DNA from: Candidatus Tepidifontimicrobium thermophilum | Lineage (GTDB): Bacteria > Sysuimicrobiota > Sysuimicrobiia > Sysuimicrobiales > Sysuimicrobiaceae | Assembly: GCA_031459915.1 (NCBI GenBank) | Contig: JAVKHO010000001.1 | Coordinates: forward strand, 187,117 to 251,116 | DNA length: 64,000 nt | Direction of reading: 5' to 3' | Part shown: one piece after another, positions 1 to 9,205 of the stretch | How the letters are laid out: the number at the start of each line of letters is the position of its first letter | How positions within the stretch are numbered: the stretch's first letter is position 1 | The notes under the pieces: generated by a model | The model's database searches: none | What the model saw: only the letters and a program-made list of their open reading frames with translations | Told to the model about the DNA's origin: nothing | Position numbers and translations under genes: made by a program

Positions 1-398
1 AGTGCCTGCGGCAGGTGGGGATGGAAGAGCTGGCGCACCGCCAGATCGGGCAGCTGTCCGGGGGCCAGCAGCAGCGGGTTTTCCTGGCCAGGGCTCTGGC
101 CCAGGAAGCCCGGCTGCTCCTGCTGGACGAGCCCTTCGTGGGGGTGGACGCGGCCACCGAGGAGGCCATCTACGGCCTGCTGGACCGGTTGCGGGAGGAA
201 GGCCGGACGGTGGTGGTGGCCACCCACGACCTGAGCCGCGCCCAGACCGCTTTCGACCGGCTGCTCTTGCTGAACCAGCACGTGGTGGCCTACGGCCCGC
301 CCGCGGAGGTGTTCCAGCCCGCGCTCCTCCAGCGTACCTATGGGGGCCGGCTCACCCTCCTGGAGGTGGCGGACCAGCGGATGGCGATCCGGCCATGA
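1..398 (+). CDS. Mn/Zn ABC transporter ATP-binding protein (5'-truncated by window edge)
   Basis: [15 protein letters not shown] signature, LLLDEPF Walker B, VATHDL H-loop; ATGA overlap with the downstream permease. Confidence 0.9.
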   Translation, partial: CLRQVGMEELAHRQIGQLSGGQQQRVFLARALAQEARLLLLDEPFVGVDAATEEAIYGLLDRLREEGRTVVVATHDLSRAQTAFDRLLLLNQHVVAYGPPAEVFQPALLQRTYGGRLTLLEVADQRMAIRP

Positions 399-1924
399 GC
401 CTGTGGGAGCTGGTACTCGAACCCCTGCAGTACACCTTCATGCAGCGGGCCCTGATGGCCGCCCTGCTGGTGGGCAGCATCTGCGCGGTGCTCAGCTGCT
501 TCTTGCTGGTCAAGCGGTGGGCGCTGTTAGGGGACGCCATCTCGCACGCGGTGCTGCCAGGGGTCGCGCTGGCGTACCTGCTGGGCCTGCCCTTCTTCGT
601 GGGGGCGGTGACCACGGGGATTCTGACCGCCCTGGGGATCTCCGCGGTGGAGCGGCACACCCGGATCAAGGAGGACTCCGCCATGGGCATCGTGTTCACG
701 GGCGCGTTTGCCCTGGGCTTCGTCCTCGTGAGCCGCATCCGCAGCAAGGCGGTGGACCTGTTTCACATCCTGTTCGGGAACGTGCTGGGGGTTTCGGACT
801 CCGACCTCGTGCTCACCGCGGCCACGGGCGCGGTGGTGTTGGGCGTGGTGCTGCTGCTGTACAAGGAGCTGGTCCTGTGGACTTTCGACCCGGTCGCCGC
901 CGCGGCCATGGGACTGCCCACAGGGGTGCTGCACTACACCCTCATGTTCCTGCTGTCGCTGACCATCGTGGCGTCCCTGCAAACCGTCGGGATCGTGCTG
1001 GTGGTGGCCATGTTGATCACCCCCGGCGGGGTGGCTTTCCTCCTGACGGACCGGATGTCGCGGATGCTCGGGCTGGCGGTGGCGGTCGGGGTGGTGTCCG
1101 CGGTCACGGGCCTGTACCTCTCCTACTACCTGAACGTGGCCTCCGGTGCCACCATGGTCCTCGTGGCGAGCGTGTTGTTCTGCTTGGCGGTGCTCCTCGG
1201 GCCCCGGGAGGGGCTGGTGGGGGAGTGGGCCCGGCGTAGGCGCCTGGCGGAGGAGCGGGTGGCGGAGGACTTCCTCAAACAGGCCTACGTGCTCGGCCCG
1301 GATGGCTTGGCACTGGAACGGGTGGCGGAGCGTGTGGGCCTCCCGGCGCGCCAGGCCCGGCAGCTCCTGCGGAGGCTACAGAGGGCGGGGCTGGCGCGCT
1401 GGGACGGGTCACGGGTGAGCCTGACCGACGCCGGACGGGCGAGGGCGGTGGAGCTGGTCCGTTCGCACCGCCTGTGGGAGCGCTACCTGGTGGAACAGGC
1501 GGGCCTGTCGTGGGCGGAGGTCCACGCGGAGGCAGAGCGGCTCGAGCACCTGAGCCCGACGGAGCTGGCCGCGAGGCTGGACGAGGCCCTCGGCCATCCC
1601 CGGCGGGACCCCCACGGGTCACCGATCCCCCCGGAGGTCGCAGGGGCGGTACCCTCCGTGCGACTGCTGGACCGCGCACCGGGCGAGCGGGTGGAGGTCC
1701 GGGAGGTGGAGGACGAGGACCCGGAGGTCCTGCGGGCCCTGGAGGCGCGCGGGGTGCGGCCGGGCGTCCGCCTGGAGGTGGTGGAACGGGCTCCCGGCGG
1801 CCTACGGGTGCGGTGCGACGGGCAGGAAGTATGGCTGGACGCGCACCTGGCGGCGGCAGTGTACACGCACGCGGAGGCAGCGCCGAAGGCGGACGACGGG
1901 ACGTCTGAGCGCCGGGGCCTGTAG
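395..1924 (+). CDS. Metal ABC-3 permease (MntB/ZnuB/TroC-like) fused to a DtxR/MntR repressor with a C-terminal FeoA/SH3 domain
   Basis: N-terminal ALLGDAISHAVLPG and LFGNVL ABC-3 motifs with many TM helices; C-terminal wHTH then RSHRLWERYL, EAERLEH, DPHGSPIP (DtxR), then LEARGVRPG (FeoA-like). True start is ATG 395, inside the 2..1924 ORF. Confidence 0.9.
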   Translation: MSLWELVLEPLQYTFMQRALMAALLVGSICAVLSCFLLVKRWALLGDAISHAVLPGVALAYLLGLPFFVGAVTTGILTALGISAVERHTRIKEDSAMGIVFTGAFALGFVLVSRIRSKAVDLFHILFGNVLGVSDSDLVLTAATGAVVLGVVLLLYKELVLWTFDPVAAAAMGLPTGVLHYTLMFLLSLTIVASLQTVGIVLVVAMLITPGGVAFLLTDRMSRMLGLAVAVGVVSAVTGLYLSYYLNVASGATMVLVASVLFCLAVLLGPREGLVGEWARRRRLAEERVAEDFLKQAYVLGPDGLALERVAERVGLPARQARQLLRRLQRAGLARWDGSRVSLTDAGRARAVELVRSHRLWERYLVEQAGLSWAEVHAEAERLEHLSPTELAARLDEALGHPRRDPHGSPIPPEVAGAVPSVRLLDRAPGERVEVREVEDEDPEVLRALEARGVRPGVRLEVVERAPGGLRVRCDGQEVWLDAHLAAAVYTHAEAAPKADDGTSERRGL

Positions 1925-1946
1925 GGGACCGGCGGCGGGCGAGTCC

Positions 1947-2690
1947 TCAACGGAGGATCTTCGACAGGAAGGCCCGGGTGCGCTCGTGGCGGGGCCGGGT
2001 GAAGAAGGTTTCGGGCGGTGCCACCTCCACGATGCCGCCCTCGTCCATGAAGACGATGCGGTCCGCCACCTCCCGCGCAAATCCCATCTCGTGGGTCACC
2101 ACCACCATGGTCATCCCCCGGCGGGCGAGGTCCCGCATCACGTCCAGGACCTCCTGGATCATCTCCGGGTCCAGGGCGGAGGTGGGTTCGTCGAACAGCA
2201 TGATCTTGGGCTGCATGGCCAGCGCTCGGGCGATGGCCACGCGCTGCTGCTGCCCGCCCGACAGCTGCGACGGGTAGCTGTCCGCCTTCTCGGGGATCCC
2301 CACGCGTTCCAGCAGCTCCCGGGCCACCCGCTCCGCCTGCTCGCGGGGCCACTTGCGCACCAGCACCGGCGCGAGGGTGATGTTCTGCAGCACCGTCAGG
2401 TGCGGGAACAGGTTGAACTGCTGGAAGACCATGCCGACCTCCCGGCGGACCGCGTCCACGTGGCGGAGGTCGTCGGTGAGCTCGATCCCGTCCACCACGA
2501 TGCGGCCCCGGTCGTGCCGCTCCAGCCGGTTGATGCACCGGATGAGGGTGGACTTCCCGGACCCAGACGGCCCGCAGACCACCACGACCTCCCCGGGCCA
2601 CACCTCGAGGTCGATGCCCCGGAGCACGTGAAGCCTCCCGAACCACTTGTGCACGCCCTGCAGGAGGATGATGGGGTCTGTGCGGCTCAC
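1947..2690 (-). CDS. Polar amino-acid ABC transporter ATP-binding protein (GlnQ family)
   Basis: [51 protein letters not shown] start at 2690 overlaps upstream TGA. Confidence 0.93.
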   Translation of the reverse strand: MSRTDPIILLQGVHKWFGRLHVLRGIDLEVWPGEVVVVCGPSGSGKSTLIRCINRLERHDRGRIVVDGIELTDDLRHVDAVRREVGMVFQQFNLFPHLTVLQNITLAPVLVRKWPREQAERVARELLERVGIPEKADSYPSQLSGGQQQRVAIARALAMQPKIMLFDEPTSALDPEMIQEVLDVMRDLARRGMTMVVVTHEMGFAREVADRIVFMDEGGIVEVAPPETFFTRPRHERTRAFLSKILR

Positions 2691-3337
2691 GGGACCTCCG
2701 CTACCAGCCGGCGTTCCAGGCGTTGGGTGGCTACGGACAGCGGGTAGCACAAGAGGAAGTACAACGCCGCCACCACGAGCCAGATCTCAAAGGACGCGAG
2801 GGTGCGTTCCACGACGCGCCGCCCCGCGGTGGTCAGCTCGAACACGTTCACGATGGCGGCCAGGGAAGTGTCCTTCAGCAGGGTGGTGAACAGCCCCATG
2901 AGGGGCGGCAGGGTGCGCCGCAGGGCCTGGGGCAGGATGACCCAGCGGAGCGTCTGGAGGGAGCTCAGCCCTAAGGACCGGGCCGCTTCCCACTGGCCCC
3001 GGGGCAGGGACTGGATGGCTCCCCGGACGATCTCCGCGGTGTTGGCGGCGGCGAAGAAGGTCATGGCCACGCTGGCGGCGACAAACGCGTTCAGCCGGAT
3101 CCCCACCGCCGGCAGACCGAAGAAGATGAAGAAGATCTGCATGATCAGGGGGGTGTCCCGGAACAGCTCCACGAAGGCGGTGGCCGCTGCGTACACTAGG
3201 CCCCGCCCTAGACGCGCGAGCCCCACCGCAAACCCCAGGACTGTACCCAGGGCCATCACCAGCAGGCCCAGCAGCACGGTACCCTGCAGGCCTTCCAGGA
3301 GGTACGGCAGGTTGGCGACCACGACGGTCCAGCGCAT
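2687..3337 (-). CDS. Polar amino-acid ABC transporter permease
   Basis: [30 protein letters not shown] (EAA loop), LKDTSL. Confidence 0.92.
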   Translation of the reverse strand: MRWTVVVANLPYLLEGLQGTVLLGLLVMALGTVLGFAVGLARLGRGLVYAAATAFVELFRDTPLIMQIFFIFFGLPAVGIRLNAFVAASVAMTFFAAANTAEIVRGAIQSLPRGQWEAARSLGLSSLQTLRWVILPQALRRTLPPLMGLFTTLLKDTSLAAIVNVFELTTAGRRVVERTLASFEIWLVVAALYFLLCYPLSVATQRLERRLVAEVP

Positions 3338-3343
3338 CGCCGA

Positions 3344-4015
3344 TCAGCGCTCCCCTACTCGCAGGTACGCGAGGGCTCGCGACTCCACGTTCCGCAGGGC
3401 CCAGACGAGCAGGAGGACGAGGGCCAGGTACAGGAGGGTGGCCATCCCGTAGACCTCGAAGCTGCGGAACGTCCACGCTTCCAGGTCGCGGGCCACGAAG
3501 GTGAGCTCCACCATGCCGATGGCGGACACCAGGGACGAGTTCTTCACCAGGGCCACGAAGTTGTTGCCGAGGGCGGGGAGACTGATGCGCGCCGCCACGG
3601 GGAGCACCACGTGGCGGAAGCGCTGCCATCCGGACAGACCCAGAGCCGCCGCGGCCTCCCGGAGTCCCCGGGGGACCGCCTCCAGTCCCGCGCGGAAGAC
3701 CTCCGCGTTGTAGGCGGCGGTGTAGAGGGAAAGCGCCAGCAGGCCGGACTGGAAGGGCGACAGCCGCAGCCCCACCCGGGGCAGGCCGAAGAACACGAAG
3801 AAAATCTGCACCAGCAAGGGCGTGTTGCGGAAGACCTCCACGTAGGCGGCCCCCAGCCAGCGCAGCGGGGGCAAGGGGGCCGTGCGGGCGGCGGCTACGC
3901 CGACTCCCACGGCAGCCGCCAGGGCGATGGCGAGGGCGGAGACCTGGAGGGTCAGTAGGGCCCCGCGCAGGAGGGCGGGTAGCGCGTCGACCCAGAACTG
4001 CGCGGGGCCCGGCAT
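3344..4015 (-). CDS. Polar amino-acid ABC transporter permease
   Basis: FRNTPLLVQ, AEVFRAGLEAVPRGLREAAAALGL, VKNSSL. Confidence 0.92.
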   Translation of the reverse strand: MPGPAQFWVDALPALLRGALLTLQVSALAIALAAAVGVGVAAARTAPLPPLRWLGAAYVEVFRNTPLLVQIFFVFFGLPRVGLRLSPFQSGLLALSLYTAAYNAEVFRAGLEAVPRGLREAAAALGLSGWQRFRHVVLPVAARISLPALGNNFVALVKNSSLVSAIGMVELTFVARDLEAWTFRSFEVYGMATLLYLALVLLLVWALRNVESRALAYLRVGER

Positions 4016-4025
4016 CGGAGCCTGA

Positions 4026-4850
4026 CTAGAGCTGGAGCTCCAGCGGGCACTTGGTCGCCGGCAGCAGCTGCCCGGCGACTTCCCCGAACCACTTGCCCAC
4101 TAGCTTGGCGTGGACGCCCTGGGCGCGCAGGCGGGCCAGGGCCACGTTGATGGCGGCCAGCAGGTCCGTGTCGCCCTTGCGGACGCCGATCCCGTACGGG
4201 CCGGGCATCTGCGGCGGCCAGCCTACCACCTTGAGGGTGCTGTCCTGCTTGGCGAAGGCCAGGAGCAGCACGTCGTCCTGCACGAAGGCCTCGGCGCGGC
4301 CGTCCTTGAGAGCCAGCAGAGCCTCGGAGTTCTGGCCGAAGGTGATGCGCTGGGCCTGGGGCGCCAGGGTCGCCACCACGCGGTCACCGGTGGAGCCCTG
4401 GACGGTGGCCACCCGTTTGCCGTTCAGGTCCGTGAACTTGGTGATGGTGGTGTTGTCGCGGCGCACCAGGATCAGGTGGCCGGAGCAGAAGTACGGCACA
4501 CTGAAGTCTACCACCTGCTTGCGGGCGCGGGTGATGGTCATGGTGGCCACCACCGCGTCGATCTGCTCGGTTTGCAGCATGGGGATGCGGTTCGCGGAGG
4601 TCACGGTCACCAGCCGGACGCGGTCGGGGCTGCCCAGCACGACGCGGGCGATCTCCCGGCTCAGGTCGATGTCGAAGCCCTGGAGCTGGCCGCGCTCGTC
4701 CACGAAGCCGAAGGGCGGGAAGTCCGCCTTCACGCCCACCACCAGAACGCCCCGCTGGCGAACCACGTCCAGGGTGCCCGCGGCGAGGGCCACCCCGCTG
4801 ACCAGCGCGACCGCGCAGACCGCCGCCAGCAGCTTCCTCATCGGACTCAC
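4026..4850 (-). CDS. Amino-acid ABC transporter substrate-binding protein (SBP_bac_3)
   Basis: Signal peptide, VGVKADFPPFG, GFDIDL, MTITRAR, DFSVPY; GGAGG RBS. Confidence 0.92.
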   Translation of the reverse strand: MSPMRKLLAAVCAVALVSGVALAAGTLDVVRQRGVLVVGVKADFPPFGFVDERGQLQGFDIDLSREIARVVLGSPDRVRLVTVTSANRIPMLQTEQIDAVVATMTITRARKQVVDFSVPYFCSGHLILVRRDNTTITKFTDLNGKRVATVQGSTGDRVVATLAPQAQRITFGQNSEALLALKDGRAEAFVQDDVLLLAFAKQDSTLKVVGWPPQMPGPYGIGVRKGDTDLLAAINVALARLRAQGVHAKLVGKWFGEVAGQLLPATKCPLELQL

Positions 4851-4911
4851 CTCCCCTGGGGATTTGCAACCCAGAAGGTAACGCGGGGGACGGCGGGGGG
4901 CAACCGGGCGG

Positions 4912-6267
4912 CTAGGCGGGGCCCTTGCCGGGGTTCAGGATGCCCTCGGGGTCCAGCAGGGCCTTGATCCGCCGCATCCACTCCAGGGCGGGGCCGTGTT
5001 CGGCGGCCAGGAACTTGCGCTTGCGCAGCCCCACCCCGTGCTCTCCGGTAGCGGTGCCGCCCACCTCCAGGGCCCGGTGTACGAGCCGCTCGCTGTACGC
5101 CTCCGCGCGGGAGTACTGGTCGGGCGGGGTGGCCACGAATACGTGGAAGTTGCCGTCCCCCACGTGCCCCACGATTCCGCCCACGAGGTGCATCTCGTCG
5201 AGGAGCCGGTGGGCGAAGGCTACCAGCTCGGGCAGCCGCGACAGGGGCACCGCCACGTCCGTGGTCAGGAACGCGTGCGCGGGGTAAGCGTGGGTCGCCG
5301 CCCAGTACACCTTGTGGCGGGCCTCCCACACGGCGCTGCGCTCCTCGGGGGTGTGGGCGATCTGGACGAGTCCGGCCCCGTGGTCCCGGCAGACGCCGAG
5401 GACCGCCTCCGTCTCCGCCCGCAGGGCCTCCTGGGTGGACGAGTGGAACTCGAGGAACAGGGCCGGCTGTTCGGGGTCCCGGCGATCCAGGAAGGCGTTG
5501 ACGACCCGCATGCTGAGGTCGTCCACCAGCTCCAGGCGCGCCACCGGCAGGCCTGTGGCCATGATCTCGTAAGCGGCCTCCGACGCCGCCTCCACAGAGG
5601 GGAAGAAGGCGCGGGCCGCGTGCACGTGCGCGGGGAGCGGGTGCAGGCGGACCGTCAGCCGCGTGATCACGCCCAGGGTGCCCTCCGAGCCGATGAACAG
5701 GTCCTTCAGGTCGTACCCGGAGCTGGTCTTGCGCACCGGGCGGCCCAGCTCCAGCACCTGGCTGTCCGCCAGCACCACCTGGAGGCCCAGGACGTTGTGC
5801 CGCATGCCGCCGTAGCGGACCGTGGTGGTGCCGGAGGCGTTGGTGGCCGCCATGCCCCCCAGGGAAGCGTCCGCGCCCGGGTCTACGGGGAAGAACAGCC
5901 CGTGGTGGCGCACCGCCCGGTTCAACGTGCCGTGGGTCACCCCCGGCTCCACGGTGGCCAGGAAGTCCTCGGGCCGCACCTCCAGGATCCGGTCCATGCG
6001 GGACAGGTCGAGGCTGATGGCAGGGCCCAGGGGTACCAAAGCTCCCTCGAGGCTGCTCCCCGCGCCGTAGGGGATCACCGGGACGCGGTACTCCCGGGCC
6101 ACGGCCAGGACCGCCCGGACGTCCTCCACAGTCTGGGCGAAGACTACCGCGAGGGGCCGACGGGACTCCGGATAGCCCTCGTCCCGACCGTGGCTGTCCA
6201 GGACAGACTCCACCGTGGACACCCGGTCTGTCCCCAGCACGTGTGTAAGTCGCGACACTAGCTCCAC
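4912..6267 (-). CDS. FAD-linked 2-hydroxyacid oxidase/dehydrogenase (GlcD / D-lactate dehydrogenase family)
   Basis: GAGSSLEG, FPVDPG, GSEGTLG, GHVGDGNFH, TGEHGVG, LNPGK; GTG start at 6267 after GGAGG. Confidence 0.88.
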   Translation of the reverse strand: MELVSRLTHVLGTDRVSTVESVLDSHGRDEGYPESRRPLAVVFAQTVEDVRAVLAVAREYRVPVIPYGAGSSLEGALVPLGPAISLDLSRMDRILEVRPEDFLATVEPGVTHGTLNRAVRHHGLFFPVDPGADASLGGMAATNASGTTTVRYGGMRHNVLGLQVVLADSQVLELGRPVRKTSSGYDLKDLFIGSEGTLGVITRLTVRLHPLPAHVHAARAFFPSVEAASEAAYEIMATGLPVARLELVDDLSMRVVNAFLDRRDPEQPALFLEFHSSTQEALRAETEAVLGVCRDHGAGLVQIAHTPEERSAVWEARHKVYWAATHAYPAHAFLTTDVAVPLSRLPELVAFAHRLLDEMHLVGGIVGHVGDGNFHVFVATPPDQYSRAEAYSERLVHRALEVGGTATGEHGVGLRKRKFLAAEHGPALEWMRRIKALLDPEGILNPGKGPA

Positions 6268-6332
6268 GGACAGTGACCTCCGTTCCGGCTGAGCTTCGCA
6301 TCCATCATACGCGGCGCGGCTGCACCCCGCCC

Positions 6333-6794
6333 TCATCCCGCTCCCTCGCGGGTGGGCGAGGACCTGCGGACCAGGAGGACCAGCTCGCCGGACTGGACCA
6401 CCTCGTCCCGCTGGTTGAGGACCTCGACCCGGTGGACCACGACCCCACGCCCCGGGTCCTTGGTGGCGCGCTTCTCCGCCACCCGGGTCCGCGCCCGGAT
6501 GGTGTCGCCCAGGAATACGGGCTTCAGAAAGCGCCAGGAACGGACTTCCAGCAGGGCGAGCACTGCAACTTCGGAGGCGGCGCGCTGGCGAAGCCCGCTG
6601 ACCATGGAGAGGACCAACAGCCCGTGCGCCACGCGCTGCCCGAAGGGGGTGGCGGCCGCGTAGGTGGCGTCCACGTGGAGCGGGTTGAAGTCACCGGACA
6701 CGCCGGCGAAGTTCACCACGTCTGCTTCCGTGACCGTGCGCCCTGGGGTTTCGAACTCCGCTCCCTCCTGCAGGTCGTCGAACTCGAGGGACAT
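6333..6794 (-). CDS. MaoC/PaaZ-like hot-dog dehydratase
   Basis: FAGVSGDFNPLHVD, RVAHG, FLKPVFLGDT; ATG at 6794 with AGGAGG. Confidence 0.88.
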   Translation of the reverse strand: MSLEFDDLQEGAEFETPGRTVTEADVVNFAGVSGDFNPLHVDATYAAATPFGQRVAHGLLVLSMVSGLRQRAASEVAVLALLEVRSWRFLKPVFLGDTIRARTRVAEKRATKDPGRGVVVHRVEVLNQRDEVVQSGELVLLVRRSSPTREGAG

Positions 6795-6891
6795 CGCGCA
6801 CCTCCTCTGCTCCGGGACCGATCCGGTCTCAGGGTACCTGCCCGGTTCCACTTCGGTTGACAGGAGGCGCGCTGGGTAGTTCGTCCAGCTG

Positions 6892-7065
6892 GTGACGTGG
6901 TACATGCGCTACAGCATCGCGTTGGCACGGGCGCTGGAGGAAGCCGGGGTAGCTCGGGACCGGATGGCTTGGCCGGACAGGATCCTGGGACGGCTCAGGG
7001 CCGGCAGGCGTGCGCCGGCCTGGCTTCGGCACGTCGCCCACGTCCTGCGGGGGGAATCGGTTTGA
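6892..7065 (+). CDS. Possible small hypothetical protein (57 aa) or gene remnant
   Basis: GTG 6892 (or ATG 6904) to TGA 7065 gives VTWYMRYSIALARALEEAG...GESV; no clear RBS. Confidence 0.2.
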   Translation: MTWYMRYSIALARALEEAGVARDRMAWPDRILGRLRAGRRAPAWLRHVAHVLRGESV

Positions 7066-7118
7066 GGGGGTGAGGGCCTGGAGGACACCGCGGCGGCCGC
7101 CGGCGGGGAGTTTGAGGG

Positions 7119-7655
7119 ATGCGGAGGGCAGTAGGGGTGTTGGGTGTACTGCTCGTGGCCTTCGCCGGCCTGGCGCCGGCGCAGACGGTACCGAAGCCGG
7201 AGAAAGTGGCGGAGCTCCGGATGGCCCTGCGGGACCTGCTGGTAGAGCAGATCCACTGGTCCCGCACGCTGGTGCTGGCCACCCGGGCTGGGAAGGACGC
7301 CGGCCAGAAGTTCGCGGGGCTGTTCACTGCTCACAACCGAGCGGTAAAAGACTACCTGCAGGCGGCCCTCTCAGGACGTGCGGCCGCGAAAAAGGCTGCC
7401 TCCGAGCGGGCGGTGAAGAACGCCCGGGACATGGACGCTCTGCTGAGCGGTGCGAACCCGAACCTGCCCCAGGGTGCGGTACTGAACCTGCTCGGCAGTC
7501 ACTGGGCGCACCACGTGGCCCAGATCGAGTCCGCCGCCAAGCGAGACTGGGCCGGGGAAGCCCGGGTGTGGCACGACATGCGCAAGCACATCCTCACCAT
7601 CGCGGACGCCCTCGTGGAGGCTATTGCGAAGCAGTTCGCGGAGCGCCTCCAGTAA
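7119..7655 (+). CDS. Exported alpha-helical, His-containing hypothetical protein
   Basis: Signal peptide (MRRAVGVLGVLLVAFAGLAPA); LRDLL..IHW, LSGANPNLP, HWAHH, KQF motifs of an uncharacterised helical-bundle family. Confidence 0.75.
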   Translation: MRRAVGVLGVLLVAFAGLAPAQTVPKPEKVAELRMALRDLLVEQIHWSRTLVLATRAGKDAGQKFAGLFTAHNRAVKDYLQAALSGRAAAKKAASERAVKNARDMDALLSGANPNLPQGAVLNLLGSHWAHHVAQIESAAKRDWAGEARVWHDMRKHILTIADALVEAIAKQFAERLQ

Positions 7656-7668
7656 CACCCCGCCGGCG

Positions 7669-7710
7669 CCGGGGGTCGGCCTCTTGCCTCTTGCAGGCAC
7701 CGACCCCGGG
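7669..7710. terminator. GC-rich stem-loop between convergent 7119..7655 and tRNA-Gly
   Basis: ggggtcgg/ccgacccc outer stem plus tgcct/aggca inner stem; no U tract. Confidence 0.4.
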
Positions 7711-7760
7711 TTGCCGCCACAGGCCACAAATCTTCCTGGATCGTCTACAAAGTGGCACGC

Positions 7761-7835
7761 TGGAGCGGGCGACGGGATTCGAACCCGCGGCCCTCGGCTT
7801 GGGAAGCCGATGCTCTACCCCTGAGCTACACCCGC
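7761..7835 (-). tRNA. tRNA-Gly (anticodon CCC)
   Basis: Reverse complement GCGGGTG-TA-GCTC-AGGGGTA-GAGC-A-TCGGC-TTCCCAA-GCCGA-GGGCC-GCGGG-TTCGAAT-CCCGT-CGCCCGC-T-CCA forms a full cloverleaf with encoded CCA. Confidence 0.97.
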
Positions 7836-7847
7836 CCGCTCGCTGCT

Positions 7848-7856
7848 ATTTTACCA
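7848..7856 (-). promoter_or_regulatory. Extended -10 promoter (TGnTAAAAT) for tRNA-Gly
   Basis: TGGTAAAAT lies 12 nt upstream of the tRNA 5' end. Confidence 0.6.
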
Positions 7857-7917
7857 CGGTCCCGCCAGGTCCCCGCCCGCCAGGGTCCCCGGCGGCCCAG
7901 GGCGAAGTAGGGAACCC

Positions 7918-9144
7918 GTGCCGGACGAAGTCGTGCTGCTCCACTACTCCGCGCCCCCCGTGGTGGGGGGCGTGGAGTCCGTCCTGGCCCAGCAGGCCCG
8001 GTGGCTGAGGCGGGCCGGGTACCGGGTCCGCGTCGTGACGGGCAAGGGAGCGGGTCCGGACGTGGAGGTCCTGCCCCTCCTGTACGGCCGTCACCCGGAG
8101 GTCCGGCGGGCGCAGGCAGCTGCCCTGCGGGGCGACACAGGGCCCCTTGAGCGGGTGCGGGACCGGATCGCGTCGGAACTGGCTCCGCGCCTGACCGGCC
8201 GTGTGTGCATCGTTCACAACGTATTCACCCTCGCCAAGAACCTCCCCCTTCTGGCCGCGCTCCACCAGCTCCTGGACGCCGGGGTCGAGTGCCGGTGGGT
8301 GGCGTGGACGCACGACGTGGCGTGGGACAACCCGGCCGAGGTCGGGCGGGTGCCCGACGGGCCGTTGCGGGAACTTCTCCGCCGCCCCAGGCCGGAGGTG
8401 GCGTACGTGGCCATCAGCCAGGCCGTGCGGTCCTCCCTGGCACGACACCTGGGCCTGGAGGAGTCCCGGGTGGAGGTCATACCGCCTGGAGTTTCCCTGG
8501 AGGGCTTGAGGCTGGTGGGGCCGCAGACCCGCAGGATCCTCCACGAGCTGCCGTGGGGGGATCGGTACCCGGTCCTCCTGGTCCCGGTTCGGATCACGCG
8601 GCGCAAGAACCTGGAGCTGGCGGTCCGCGTCGCCGCGTGCCTGCGGGACCAAGACCTGAGTCCCCTGGTGGTCGTTACGGGGCCTCTGGGAGCGCACACG
8701 GCTGCGAACGCGCGCTACCTCGACGAGCTGCGGGGGCTGCGTCGCGAACTCGCGGTGGAGGACCACGTGGTGTTCCTGGCGGAGCGGGGGATCCGGTGCT
8801 CGCCGCGCACGGTGGGCGAACTGTACCTGCTGTGCGACGCGGTGCTGGTTCCGAGCGTCCTGGAGGGGTTCGGGCTGCCGGTGGCGGAGGCGGGGCTGCT
8901 GCGTGTCCCCGTGTTCTGCACCCGTATCGCCGCAGCCACCGAGGTAGCGGGAGAACTCGCCCACTTTTTCGACGTGGAAGAACCGCCAGAGTCGGTGGCG
9001 CGGCGGATCGCGCAGGAGTTGGCCTCGGACCGGGCCGCCCGGCTGCGCCGCCGGGTGGTGGAGCAGTTCGGCTGGGAGCAGGTGGCCCGGGAGGGCCTGG
9101 TCCCGTTGGTGGCGCGGCTTTGCGCCTCGGCCGTCCCTGGGTGA
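7918..9144 (+). CDS. GT4 glycosyltransferase (possibly mannosylglucosylglycerate-synthesis type)
   Basis: HYSAPPVVGGVE, HNVFTL, VRITRRKNLE, EGFGLPVAEA (EX7E); lies next to a Ggs-like gene. Confidence 0.85.
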   Translation: MPDEVVLLHYSAPPVVGGVESVLAQQARWLRRAGYRVRVVTGKGAGPDVEVLPLLYGRHPEVRRAQAAALRGDTGPLERVRDRIASELAPRLTGRVCIVHNVFTLAKNLPLLAALHQLLDAGVECRWVAWTHDVAWDNPAEVGRVPDGPLRELLRRPRPEVAYVAISQAVRSSLARHLGLEESRVEVIPPGVSLEGLRLVGPQTRRILHELPWGDRYPVLLVPVRITRRKNLELAVRVAACLRDQDLSPLVVVTGPLGAHTAANARYLDELRGLRRELAVEDHVVFLAERGIRCSPRTVGELYLLCDAVLVPSVLEGFGLPVAEAGLLRVPVFCTRIAAATEVAGELAHFFDVEEPPESVARRIAQELASDRAARLRRRVVEQFGWEQVAREGLVPLVARLCASAVPG

Positions 9145-9205
9145 GGGGGGCCGCGTGGGGACGACCTGTCGGCTGCCACCGGACCGGGATGCCTACAATG
9201 GGGGC

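Noticed and set aside
6795..7118. Possible SRP RNA, 6S RNA or riboswitch in this intergenic gap
   Set aside because: No recognisable consensus. Only a weak 57-codon ORF is present, listed at low confidence.
7656..7835. tRNA-Gly as an integration site for a genomic island
   Set aside because: I saw no integrase and no duplicated tRNA 3' end in the window.
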